Shown here: positions 9,477-20,000 of the stretch, one piece after another | Position numbering within the stretch: position 1 is the stretch's first letter | Layout: every line of letters begins with the position of its first letter | Assembly: GCA_010405405.1 (NCBI GenBank) | Contig: MU004242.1 | Location: 769,984-789,983 of the forward strand | Length of the DNA: 20,000 nt | From: Microthyrium microscopicum | Lineage: Eukaryota | Direction of reading: 5' to 3' | Program-made: the position numbers and the translations under genes | The notes under the pieces: generated by a model | Told to the model about the DNA's origin: nothing | Databases searched by the model: none | Seen by the model: only the letters and a program-made list of their open reading frames with translations

Positions 9477-9766
9477 CAAACTCGAGTTGGACAAAATAAG
9501 TATTCGCCATAGTATCAAGATTTGATCAGATTTCATAATCTTGATCTATAACTTAAGGCAATCTCATAATATGAGCAACTGACAGTCGGGGTAGTGGACG
9601 CTGGCATCGCGGATCAGTAATCTTTTCAAGCCCGTGGCTTTATCACCCATTGCTTCTTCCCAAGAGACACAAAGGTGCTACTAAGTCCCGCAAAAATTGT
9701 TCTGGGCTCCTTTCATAACACAGAGTTTAGATTTCAAGTGTCAAAGATCTGCTTTACATCGCAATA

Positions 9767-11157
9767 ATGGTTTCTGATGCGGGAAAGCACCAATCGCAGA
9801 AGCACAAACCAAAACGCAAGATCTCAGAGCTAGATGAAGCCGCAGCAAGGGTGAGCCAATCACACTTTGAAATGAGAAAGATACTAATGTTCTTTCCAGC
9901 GAAGACGAACTCAAACATGCGAAGCTCAACGCGCTTTCAGAAAACGCAACAAGGAAACCATAACATCACTGACACTGCAAAATTCTGATCTTCAAAAGAC
10001 AATTGAAGACTTGAGCGCCTGCTTTCTTAGCTTTACGGATGATTTAGTTGCCTCAGGATGGCTGGAGCAAGATCGCATAGTGGCGAAGAAACTGCAAGCA
10101 ACGATTGAGCAATTCATTGCTATTACGAGGGCATCTCAATCTCCGATCACAGAGAATCCAGCAGGTGATGAACATTTCGAATCCCCAGGGACAACGGACT
10201 CGTCACCGGCAGAGTTCATTCAAGATTTGGCCACACCATCCCCTCTTAAAGAGCCGCTTCCCACCGCGACTGGCATCGATATGAGTTCAACTCAGATGAT
10301 ACTTCCAAACCCACAGGAGACCTTAAGCCGCAAATATACAACCTCAACCACCGAATCAAGAAACATGCTCACTCAGACGTTACCAAGAGCCACGATATTC
10401 TCTTCACTCAACGTACCACCAAGCCCGCAAAGTTATCCCCGTGGCCCTATGCCAACTCACAATCCGCTACTAGACTATCTCCCGCGCATCCCTCGATCAA
10501 TCAACTTCTTCAAACCCAGCTTCGCCCAAAAGCTACAGCTAGAAGCCATACGTGCCGGCCTACGACTCGTCAGTACAGCAGAAGACAACTCTTCCCTCTT
10601 CTACCGAACGTTTAACCGAATCCTAGACCTCCCTACGCGGGAGACCTTCCGTTCACGACTCTATCAAGCTTTGGACGATAACAAATCGCTTCATCCACCG
10701 CCTGAAAATGCCTCATGGTCAGAGTCAGAATCGTTCGCATGGTTGAATGCTTCGGATGTAGCCCGGCACTTTCGCTCGATTGGCATAGATATTGACTCGT
10801 CGCTGGATATCGTTGAGATGGTCCAGATGGAATCGGGCTACTGGCAGGGATTTGCTACTTTCTCTGGAAATGAACAACCATACGACATGAGAGCTTTATA
10901 TCATGCGAATGAACTGGATGAATATGCCATAAATCCTGCTTATAACAATAATGGAGGCTACACAGGGTCTTCTGTGACTGTCGATTTGTCCAAGTTGATA
11001 CATGGTGAGTATTTTTTGTTGTTCAATAGTCAATAGTCAAGATTTGGCTAATGCAAAATCCGAAGAAATTATACAAAGGACACGATGTCATGCCGAGTAT
11101 CCAACGTTCAATAGGCATGATCTTAATGCTGCGCTCACGAGAGCCATGGTTGCATAA
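9767..11157 (+). CDS. bZIP (Yap-like) transcription factor; join(9767..9850,9900..11004,11066..11157), ~426 aa
   Basis: Intron 9851..9899 (GTGAGC...ACTAAT...CAG) gives EAAAR|RRRTQTCEAQRAFRKRNKETITSLTLQNSDLQKTIEDL (basic region plus zipper), in frame with ORF 10011..11036. Intron 11005..11065 (GTGAGT...GCTAAT...AAG) gives the C-terminus LIHEIIQRTRCHAEYPTFNRHDLNAALTRAMVA*. Confidence 0.82.
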
Positions 11158-11694
11158 ACAAAGAATAATCCAACCATCTCGCTGAATGGACGGCCATTGC
11201 ACTGCCATTGTTATTATGGAATCTTTAGATACCGCCAGTAATGTGGAGTGGGTGCTGGTATCATGTAATGCAGGAATATCCAATAACCCGAGAATCAGAT
11301 TTTAAGCCGGCGCATTGGGCACTGGGAGTGTTGGAACGCTACAGGTAGCTTTTAAACAGAGTAGGCCATTCTGAGGAAATAGTCTCTGACGTGCACACTA
11401 AACAGACTTGAGTTGTATAGATGGTCTTTCAATTTCGGAAGTTCCGCTACAATTCTCAAGGACCAACGAGCCCTCATAACACAGCAAAATCGGACTATAA
11501 GATAGATGATAGAAAACTTTTAATATACATAGACCACGTCAAAGACGAATCACAGCTCAGCAAATTTTTGTTAAACTACGACTTAAGGCACTCTTAAATA
11601 CTAATCAGCTCCCGACCGCAGTAGCATCTTCAACAACGTAGTTCACCACCATTCTTTTATACACCACTTAGCAAGATCGCAGCTCAACATCAAC

Positions 11695-12456
11695 ATGCTA
11701 TCCTTTCCTCTCACCCTACTCGCGTTAGCCAGCCAGGCTCTCGCAGCTTGCGACCGCGCCCAACTCCAAAAAGCCGCAGAAAGCTACATCGCAGCCGTAA
11801 CAGCCGGCTCTGGTGGAACACTCGATGTCGCTACCTACACGGAGAACTTCTCAAACGCCAAATTCAAGACTGGAGTAGTCCACTCCAAGCCCGTCAAGAT
11901 CGGTTTCAGCAACAACATCCTCGACACGACCAACTGCGCAACCTTCTCTGAGATCACAGCGCCTCAAAACTCACCACCAATGGTAATAGGCACACAAATC
12001 CACTACGATGGCGACAAGATTGCCAAAATGGAAACAGTGTATAGCACTGATAAGCTAGGCACGTTTAGCAACCCAGCGAAAACACATGGCTACTTTGTCA
12101 AAGAGACACGAGGACCACTGGCCAAAAAGGATAGTCGCAAAACGCTACAGGGCATCGTAGATTCTTACTTCGACAAATTTTCCAATGGGACTATCCAAGT
12201 GCCTCATTTCACGCCTTGTGATCGCGTTGAGGGAAGCATGTACGTCACGCCAGATTGTACCGCAGGTATTATGTCAAGGGCTGGACGAAAGATGACGGAT
12301 CGACGATTCGTTATTGATGAGGATGTTGGTACTGTCTCGATATTCTTGTGGTTCAATGGTCCAGGTGGTTCAGCTGATAGTCACTCTTTCCGGATCGAAG
12401 ATGGGAAGCTGAAGTATGTCCATGCCATTATGGTGCCGACTAATGGGAAGTTTTAA
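11695..12456 (+). CDS. Secreted protein of unknown function (253 aa), conserved fungal hypothetical type
   Basis: CAACATG start context, signal peptide MLSFPLTLLALASQALA, mature N-terminus ACDRAQLQKAAESYIAA, four Cys, intronless. Confidence 0.85.
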   Translation: MLSFPLTLLALASQALAACDRAQLQKAAESYIAAVTAGSGGTLDVATYTENFSNAKFKTGVVHSKPVKIGFSNNILDTTNCATFSEITAPQNSPPMVIGTQIHYDGDKIAKMETVYSTDKLGTFSNPAKTHGYFVKETRGPLAKKDSRKTLQGIVDSYFDKFSNGTIQVPHFTPCDRVEGSMYVTPDCTAGIMSRAGRKMTDRRFVIDEDVGTVSIFLWFNGPGGSADSHSFRIEDGKLKYVHAIMVPTNGKF

Positions 12457-13060
12457 GAAGGTATCTGTTGGCATAGCAATATAGCGATAGATTGTGGAGT
12501 GAAATTATCATCTGCCTTCATTTCAAGCCCACCATGGCATCGGAATAGAACTTGTGCTTGGAGTCCTGATATGTGTGACGTGAATGGGGTTCAGTATTAT
12601 AGATGATAGATCGCATACAATCACCAAACGTGGAGTTGAAGATGGAACTATTTTTAGCGCGTCGGCATTGGAACTTAGTCTGCTGAAAGATTGATGCGGA
12701 GTAAATCATAATTGGTAACATGCAACATTACGGACCCTCCGTCGTTTGCTTACATTAATTGGAGAGCTTTTCGCCGTCTACAAGAATCGTCGTTGCAGAT
12801 GACCAGAATAATATGGAGCTCTGACTGATGTTTTTGCTTTCCTCCGATATATTATCGTGAGTCGTAACTTCCACTGTAAAAGCATCGCAGACCTCTCATA
12901 CAAAGGCTATCCTTTGAGACTTTAATATTATGACTGAAAAGTTCCTCTAGCGTATACCCTACTAGCTAAAGCTATATCGGTCTAATAAATATATTATAAA
13001 AGGTCTTTGTAGTCTTGAAAGCAGAGCCAAACGAAGACCTGAAAGGAGTCAAATGTCTCT

Positions 13061-13073
13061 CCGATCCAACCCG
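13061..13073 (-). promoter_or_regulatory. CGG-N7-CGG alternative oxidase induction motif (AOD2/AOD5-, AcuM/AcuK-type site)
   Basis: CCG-ATCCAAC-CCG on the + strand, ~360 bp upstream of the AOX ATG. A CCAAT lies at 13089. Confidence 0.6.
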
Positions 13074-13323
13074 AAAAGTGGCAATCAACCAATCAGAATG
13101 CTGGGTTCACAGCCTCGACAGCCTTGCGGATCCGGTGATTGCAGTCATTGAGCACAAAAGCATTTACTTTGACCGCTCAAACCCTCGGACTTCTCCTTTT
13201 TGAAAACAAAAAACTGCGAGTCTGTTGGTAGGATTAGTTCCTTGTACAAAATAAGGTTTGCATTCCATGCTTGAGCGCACGGCTGAGTCCATTGCTTATT
13301 CCTTCTTGTCAGGCTCGCCCCGA

Positions 13324-13330
13324 TATAAAA
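13324..13330 (+). promoter_or_regulatory. TATA box of the AOX gene
   Basis: TATAAAA about 100 nt upstream of ATG 13429, followed by a CT-rich leader. Confidence 0.55.
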
Positions 13331-13428
13331 AGTGTCTCACCTTCCCAACTTACTCCATCCAAAATATCACTCAACCAATATCTTCGCCACTCAACTCAAT
13401 ATTTCGAACTTCTTTCCTTCAAGCATCG

Positions 13429-14527
13429 ATGTCGACAGCTGTTAGGATATCAAGCACCTGCCGCCCATTAACAATCCACACCCTCAAAACCCTCAGCAAC
13501 CAAAGCCTCACAAGACCAACTATCTGCGTCCTCTACAACCATGGCGCCCAAAACAAATCCTTTTCCATATCTCAGTCTCTCGCCATGAAAGATTTCTTCC
13601 CCAAGCCAGACAGTCCACACATCCGCCGCACCTCAGCAGCCTGGCAACACCCAGTGTAAGTCGTCCTTACCACCACCATCCACTCAACTAATTACGTCCT
13701 CCAGCTACACCGAATCCCAAATGAACGCGATAACAATCGCCCACCGTTCAGCCCGCACAACATCCGACCGCGTCGCTCTCACCCTCGTTCGTATCCTACG
13801 CTTCGGTCTCGACCTAGCAACAGGCTACAAACACGACAAAGCCGTCGCCCTCTCCAAAAAGGACCCCAAGTTCGCGAACCAAAAGTATGGAATGAGCGAG
13901 CGCAAATACATGATCCGCAACATCTTTCTCGAATCCGTTGCTGGTGTACCAGGCATGGTGGCAGGTATGTGTCGACACCTACGGAGTATGCGGCTGATGA
14001 GGCGAGATAATGGGTGGATGGAAACACTCCTCGAAGAATCATACAATGAGCGCATGCATCTGCTTATATTTCTTAAAATGGCGGAACCAGGCCTCTTCAT
14101 GCGAGTAATGGTTATGGCCGCACAAGGTGTATTTTTCAATGCGTTCTTCCTTGGATACCTCATGTCACCCAAGACGGCTCACCGGTTCGTCGGATATCTT
14201 GAGGAAGAAGCGACGCTCACCTATACGCGCGAAATCGCGGATATGGATGCGGGCAAGTTGCCAAAGTGGGTTGGTATGAGGGCGCCAGATATCGCGATAG
14301 ATTATTATAAGATGGAGGAGGGGAAGCAGACGATGCGGGATGTGCTGCTGCATATCAGGGCGGATGAGGCGAAACATCGGGAGGTTAATCATACGTTGGC
14401 GAATCTGGACCAGAATGAGGATCCGAATCCTTTTGTGAGCACGTTTACGAATCCGGAGAAACCGCATCCGGGAAAAGGGATTGAGCATTTGAAGCCGACG
14501 GGGTGGGAGAGGGAGGATTGTATTTGA
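13429..14527 (+). CDS. AOX1: Mitochondrial alternative oxidase; join(13429..13655,13705..14527), ~349 aa
   Basis: S/T/R-rich presequence, WQHPV|YTE across intron 13656..13704 (GTAAGT...ACTAAT...CAG), and the di-iron motifs FLESVAGVPGMV, LEESYNERMHL, GYLEEEA and IRADEAKHREVNH. Confidence 0.97.
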
Positions 14528-14703
14528 ACTACTTTCATGATTAGCATAGGAATGGTGTATTATGGATTTGGTTGGGTTTGCAGCGATATCAATCTCCTCT
14601 TTAGCGTTCATTCACTATGAGATAAACGGATAGACTTTTTTTGGCAACAGAAAAGCAAATGGGTATCATAGATCTACAGCACCTGTATCATAAAATCATA
14701 TCT

Positions 14704-15606
14704 CTAATCCTCCTCCTCATCAAAATCAACCTCCTTCGGCTCTGTCGGCTCCTGTGCCTCATGGTATTGGATCGCATCGTCAATGTACGCCAACACTGAG
14801 CCCACACTATCCTCATCCCTCACATTCAGCCGCAGGTACGTGACCATGCCGTAATCCTCAATCAACCGCGCCACAGCCCGGTTGAGTGCATTGAATGCTC
14901 CTCCTGACATCTTGCTCTTCGTGCTATCAACCTCCCCTACCACGCCCTCTTCCGCCTCTTCATCATCCGAGTCCGCAAAGGCAATGCGCGTCTCAATGTC
15001 TTCATCAAGGATGTCCGCATCAGGCGTGAAAAACCGCCGCATCTCCCGCCGCGCCATCATTCCCCGCACAAGATCCATTTTGCTGAGCACATTAACATGC
15101 GGCACCCCCAACATCAACATGGCACTCATAGCACTCAATGTTCCCGCAAAAAACTTTGCTTTATCAACCACAAACGTCGCCTCCAGCAAATATGTCGCAC
15201 AGATCCTCATATTCACACTCCCGCTTGTCAATTCCCTAACCAGTGCCGGCAAGATCGGCACATGTGTATACAACTCTATCTGCCCCGGCATATCGATCAC
15301 CACTAATTGATCCTCCGCCACCTCACTCAATGCGTCTGTTAAGAAGCTAAGGTTTTCGAGGAGATATTCGAAGCAGGCGATTAGGCCACCGTTGGGGCCG
15401 AGGTCGAGTTCTTCCATGGCATCGGAGAGGGATATAAGGTCTTGGATGTCGAGATCGGGCTCGTAGTCGAAGGTGGTGGCGGCAGGGTCGAGGTTGATGT
15501 AGAAGGCGCCGCGGCGGTGGGTGCGGAGGTGGGTTAGGAGGGCGGAGGCGAGGGTGGTTTTGCCGGCTCCCGCGGGGCCCATAATTAGGACGCCGAAGGT
15601 GGTCAT
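14704..15606 (-). CDS. GPN3: GPN-loop GTPase 3 (300 aa), intronless
   Basis: P-loop GPAGAGKTT, INLDPA, GPN loop LGPNGGLIACFEYL, DMPGQIELYTH, NVLSKMDL, and C-terminal IDDAIQYHE.QEP. Confidence 0.95.
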   Translation of the reverse strand: MTTFGVLIMGPAGAGKTTLASALLTHLRTHRRGAFYINLDPAATTFDYEPDLDIQDLISLSDAMEELDLGPNGGLIACFEYLLENLSFLTDALSEVAEDQLVVIDMPGQIELYTHVPILPALVRELTSGSVNMRICATYLLEATFVVDKAKFFAGTLSAMSAMLMLGVPHVNVLSKMDLVRGMMARREMRRFFTPDADILDEDIETRIAFADSDDEEAEEGVVGEVDSTKSKMSGGAFNALNRAVARLIEDYGMVTYLRLNVRDEDSVGSVLAYIDDAIQYHEAQEPTEPKEVDFDEEED

Positions 15607-16073
15607 TTTGATGCGGTGGATGTTGTTGGGGATGGTTGATGGAAGAGGGCAGGACGGAGTGTGGTTAGATAGTAGTGGTTGCGCGTATCATGTCCTGGGC
15701 GTTTGGTACTCGTGTGGAACCAAGCTGGTATTTGAGGATAATCGACAGAGTCAAATCGATAGGGGATGCGCAGATTGGGAGGATGGTGGTGGAATTTGTC
15801 TGGAGAAGCAAGATTTGAAGAGGAGGTGAAGTTGGAATTTGAGCGCCATTTTTATGTGTGGATCCGCTACACCTCAACGCGTCCAACTATCGTGGGTTTC
15901 CCTGTACTCTACTTTCTACACATGTTGCATTGTATGATACTGTAATCAAGAGTTCACCATGACCATACGGTCCCTTAATGTACCAAAATCTCATTCTACT
16001 CTACTACTTTGATCCTTCAGTTCTACTCCGTATTACCTTAGTAGATCGATTGAGCGCGTCGCAACGCGCCAGC

Positions 16074-16240
16074 CAGGGTTGTGATTTAATTTAGTACTTT
16101 TTAATTAATTTCGAATTAATACTAATTAAATTAATTTTAATTCTTAATTTTCAAATTAACTTAGTATTAATTTGGGGTCTATACTAATTAAATTAATTAG
16201 GCTGAATTAAGAATTAATTAAATATATTAATTTAAATTAA
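16074..16240 (+). repeat. Probable terminus and subterminal repeats of a RIPped DNA transposon
   Basis: The block starts at CAGGGTTGTGATT. ATACTAATTAAATTAATT is repeated exactly at 16119 and 16181, among many AATTAA units. Confidence 0.45.
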
Positions 16241-18899
16241 TCTATTTTTAGTTATATAATTATTTCTAGTAAAGTTATATACTTTACTATTCCGTTTTCT
16301 TCGTAGAATTCAAATCTGTTCTTAGAATTTTTATATCTATTATAGTTATAATAATATAAATAGATTTAGAAAATATTTAATAATTATTATTAGTAAAATA
16401 AGAATATCTAACTAGTTATAATAGTTATAAAAAAAAGAATAGTATATCTAGATTCCTTAAGTTTTCTAGATACTAAATATATATAATAGCTTATATAAAA
16501 CCTAAATATACTAATAGTTATTAGCTTTAGGTTAAAAGTTAGTAAAATTTATATACTTCTTAATTCTTTTAATTACTTAAAAACAAGATATATAGCTACT
16601 ATTCTAATTATAGCTATAATATAATAAAAGTATATATTAAAATACTCATTATAAATCTAGGAATATAAATATAGTAATAATTTAGCTTAATATTATATAT
16701 TTATTACGTAATTAATATATTTAGAAAAAGAAAATTATAATTTATTAGTTTTATAGTATTTATAGTATTATATATAGTATATTAGCTTTAATTACTATAT
16801 ATATATATACTTATTATATACTAGGAAGTAGTATATAGTAAGTATATTTTCTTATTTAGTTATATATATTATATAAACTTAAAATATTTAACTATTTAAT
16901 ATAGTTTATTAAAAAATAAAGTTCTAAATATATTATATATAATTATTATAAGCTATAAGTATTTTTTTATACTTATAATAGCTATAAAAGATTATTAGAA
17001 GTAGTAATATAGCTTTATATAGTTAATATATATTATTAATAGTATATTTACTATTATTTTATAAATATTAAAAAAGCTAAAATATTTCTATCCTTTATAT
17101 ACTTAGTATAATATTATTATTATAATACTAAAATTACTTTAAACTAATTAGAAAAATAAGCTCTATAAAATAACCTATTTAGATTTGCTTATCTAAGCCT
17201 TAATAAAATAATTATATAAAGAAATTTAAAATAATAAACTATTATTTATTAATAGAACTAGACTTAGATAAGATAAGAAAAGTATAGCATTATAATTAGA
17301 AAAAATAGCTCTATCTACTAATATAATTAGTTTACTTATATAAGCTATACTAATAAATTTTAGAATTTAAATAAGAGAATAAAAATTATATTTCTAGTCT
17401 CTATAAATATCTAGATTATAATTATTAAAATCTACCATATCTTCTACTTCTATAGTATCTAATATACTATTATCTTATATTATAGCCTCTTCTTCTATAA
17501 TAATAGGAGTAGTTTATAGACTATAAAAAGGGCTAGGAGAATAATAGTTAGTAAGTCTAGTTCTTTCTAGATTAATTCCCTTTTTAGCTACTACTCTTCT
17601 TCTATTAGCCTAAATATAATTAGTACAAATATTAATTAATATAGTAATTACTTACTATAGTAACTATATATCTTTCTATAGTTTCTTTTTATTACTTTTT
17701 TTTATCTCTTTTTTACTAAATTATCTATTCTAAATAGCGTAATTCTAGTATATTATTTTTATTAGTTCTAGCTTTAGAACTATAAGGTATTTTTAGCTAA
17801 GAAAGCGTTTTTTTAAAAGGAAATTTAGTAGTAGAATTAGCCTATTTAGGCAGTTAATTTTTAGGCATATCTTAAAATTCTTTAGGCTAATTATTAATAC
17901 TTTATAGAATCCTATTAGATATTAGCTTAATAATTAATAAATAGTAGTTATTTATTACTTATATTTAATTATTATAGCTAGAAATAAAACTAAACTATTT
18001 TAACTATAAATCGTAAAGATTTCCTTCTAATTTTAGTAGTAAAATATATTAATGTTTTCTAATACTAGACTAAACTATTAGTATTTTAAATATAACTAGA
18101 ATAGTAGTATCTTACTAATTAAGCTAAAAGATATATTTATAGTTTAGTTCTTTTCATCATAGAATATAAAAAATATAGAATATATCTAGTTTAATACTAT
18201 TTAGTTAGATTTTCTATTCTAGAAAGCTTTAATAATAAAGAAGCTTACTTTTATCTTTAAAGAAGATTATATAGCTATAAGTAAAGCTAGTAGGTAAGCT
18301 ATTCTTCTTTAGGAGGAAGATTTTACTAGAGTATATTCTTTTTAAAGAAATAAAAGTAGTAGTATAATCTAAAAACTTGCTAACGAATCTCTAAGCTTTA
18401 CTAAGCTAATCTTAAGTCTAAGGGATTACTAAACTTATTAGAAATAACTAAAAAAAGTATTTATTATTTATAGCATAGTATGCTTTCTCTTAGTATAGCT
18501 TATATATTAGCTATTCTAAAAATAATTAGTTAATTAAAAAAAAAGTAAAAAAATAATAATATTAGAAAATAAGGTATAACTTACTTAAAAGTATAACTTA
18601 AGGAAAGCTAACACTATAGCTAAAAAGAGCAAAAAAAACTAAATAAAAAAGTATATTATATAATTAAATACTAATAAGTAAAGTACTAGAAAAGTAGAGG
18701 TAAATATATTAAGTTAGAAAATAGTTATTAAAGTAGAAATAGGCGTATAAGTAGATAACCTAAAGGGCTAGATTACTATACTAAGGCCCTTATTATCTAT
18801 TAGCCCTTAGTATAATTACATATATTATAAATTAGATTAGTATAGTTATATTACTATTTAGATTATTAAGTAAGTTAATATAGATTAAATACTAAAGTC

Positions 18900-19545
18900 T
18901 ACGCATATCTATTTATAATTATAAAGGCTAAATTATAAATAATTATAAGAACCCTATAAGATAAGCGTAGATTAAGAACTAGATTATACATAATTACTAA
19001 GAATAGATAAATAAGTAAGCAAGTATAAATTTAAAGCTAGGATAATAAATAAGTTAAGTAAGATCTACGTTCTAAATTTATGTTATCTATTTATAATTAT
19101 AAGGGCTAGATTATAAGTAAATAAATCTAGACCTAGATCTACGCTTATTTACTAAGATACTTATTATTACTTATAATCTAGCTCTTATTATTATAAGTAA
19201 TTAAGTAAGATCTACGTTATAGATCTTACTTAACTTACGTATTATTCTAGCTTTAGATCTATACTTACTTACTTGTTTATCTATTCCTAGTAATTATACA
19301 TAATCTAGTCTTTAATCTATGCTTATCTTATAAGGTTCTTATAATTACTCATAATCTACCCTTATAATTCTAAATAGATAACGTAGATCTAGAATATAAA
19401 TCTTACTTTACTTACGTATTATCCTAGCTCTAGATCTATACTTACTTACTTATTTATCTATTTCTAGTAATTATGCGTAATCTAGCCTTTAATCTATACT
19501 TATCTTATAAGGTTCCTATACTTACTTATAATTTAATTCTTATAA
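18900..19545. repeat. ~178-bp unit repeated in tandem and inverted orientation
   Basis: TATCTATTTATAATTATAA recurs at 18906 and 19084 (period 178). ACTTACGTATTAT recurs at 19233 and 19410 (period 177). About 19220..19380 is the reverse complement of about 18906..19067, differing mainly by transitions. Confidence 0.85.
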
Positions 19546-20000
19546 ATATCTTATATTTAGCTTATATTTAAACGTAGATTAAACAGTCTAGAAACACTTA
19601 CTTATTAAATAGTTAGATTAGTAATAACTATTCCCTAAAATAGTAGTAAAGGTAGTAAGATAAGAAGAACGTTAGCGTAGTAAACTAGCTCTTTAAATTA
19701 TATATAAGTAGTAGTAGTTTTCCTCTAGAAATAATTATATTTTATCTTATCTTATCCTATTCTATTTTATTCTATTTTATACTCTTTTACTTTCTATTAT
19801 ATTAGTAATACTATTAGTAGTACTACTAGTTTTTTATTTCTATTATATCTACTATATTTTATAGTTATACTAGCCTTTTATAGTTATAAGTAAGTTATTT
19901 TCTATTTAATTTACTTAGTAAATTAACTAACTTTATTTTTAGAAATCTTATTATTTATTAGTATTTCTATAGAAATACTAATAATATATAGATCTTATTA

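Larger units (their letters stand above)
16074..20000. mobile_element. AT-rich block of RIP-degraded repeats/transposable elements (3'-partial)
   Basis: Abrupt switch to very AT-rich sequence with pervasive TpA and near absence of CpA/TpG, the signature of repeat-induced point mutation. The track reports no ORFs here. The TE family could not be assigned by eye. Confidence 0.9.

Noticed and set aside
4278..12456. Secondary metabolite biosynthetic cluster or Starship element
   Set aside because: No backbone synthase, tailoring enzymes or tyrosine-recombinase captain gene in the window.
13258..13428. N-terminal extension of AOX from TTG 13258
   Set aside because: It spans the TATA box; ATG 13429 gives a normal-length AOX with a presequence.
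16300..18750. Assigning a transposase or pol family to the AT block
   Set aside because: RIP has destroyed the reading frames, and by-eye de-RIP translations gave no motif I can defend.

Overview
Filamentous ascomycete (Pezizomycotina) genomic DNA, judged from short GT-AG introns with CTRAY branch sites and a RIP-type AT block. Positions 1 to ~16070 are gene-rich: a 5'-truncated VID27, a small Cys/His-rich ORF, an APH/choline-kinase-like phosphotransferase, a multi-exon orphan gene missed by the ORF track (~5766-7060), a DHA2 MFS efflux pump divergent from a Yap-like bZIP regulator with TTAGTAA-type sites between them, a secreted protein, alternative oxidase with a CGG-N7-CGG induction motif, and GPN3. 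From ~16074 to the end is an AT-rich, RIP-degraded repeat block containing a ~178-bp tandem/inverted repeat array. The most unusual signal is a ~70-bp element built from CCATCG-N4-CGATGG palindromes at fixed offsets. It occurs three times (3293-3362 reversed, 5938-6007, 6171-6240), at least twice inside long predicted introns of the orphan gene. Those introns flank a 59-nt segment whose inclusion or skipping would switch reading frame. All calls were made by eye; no searches were run.
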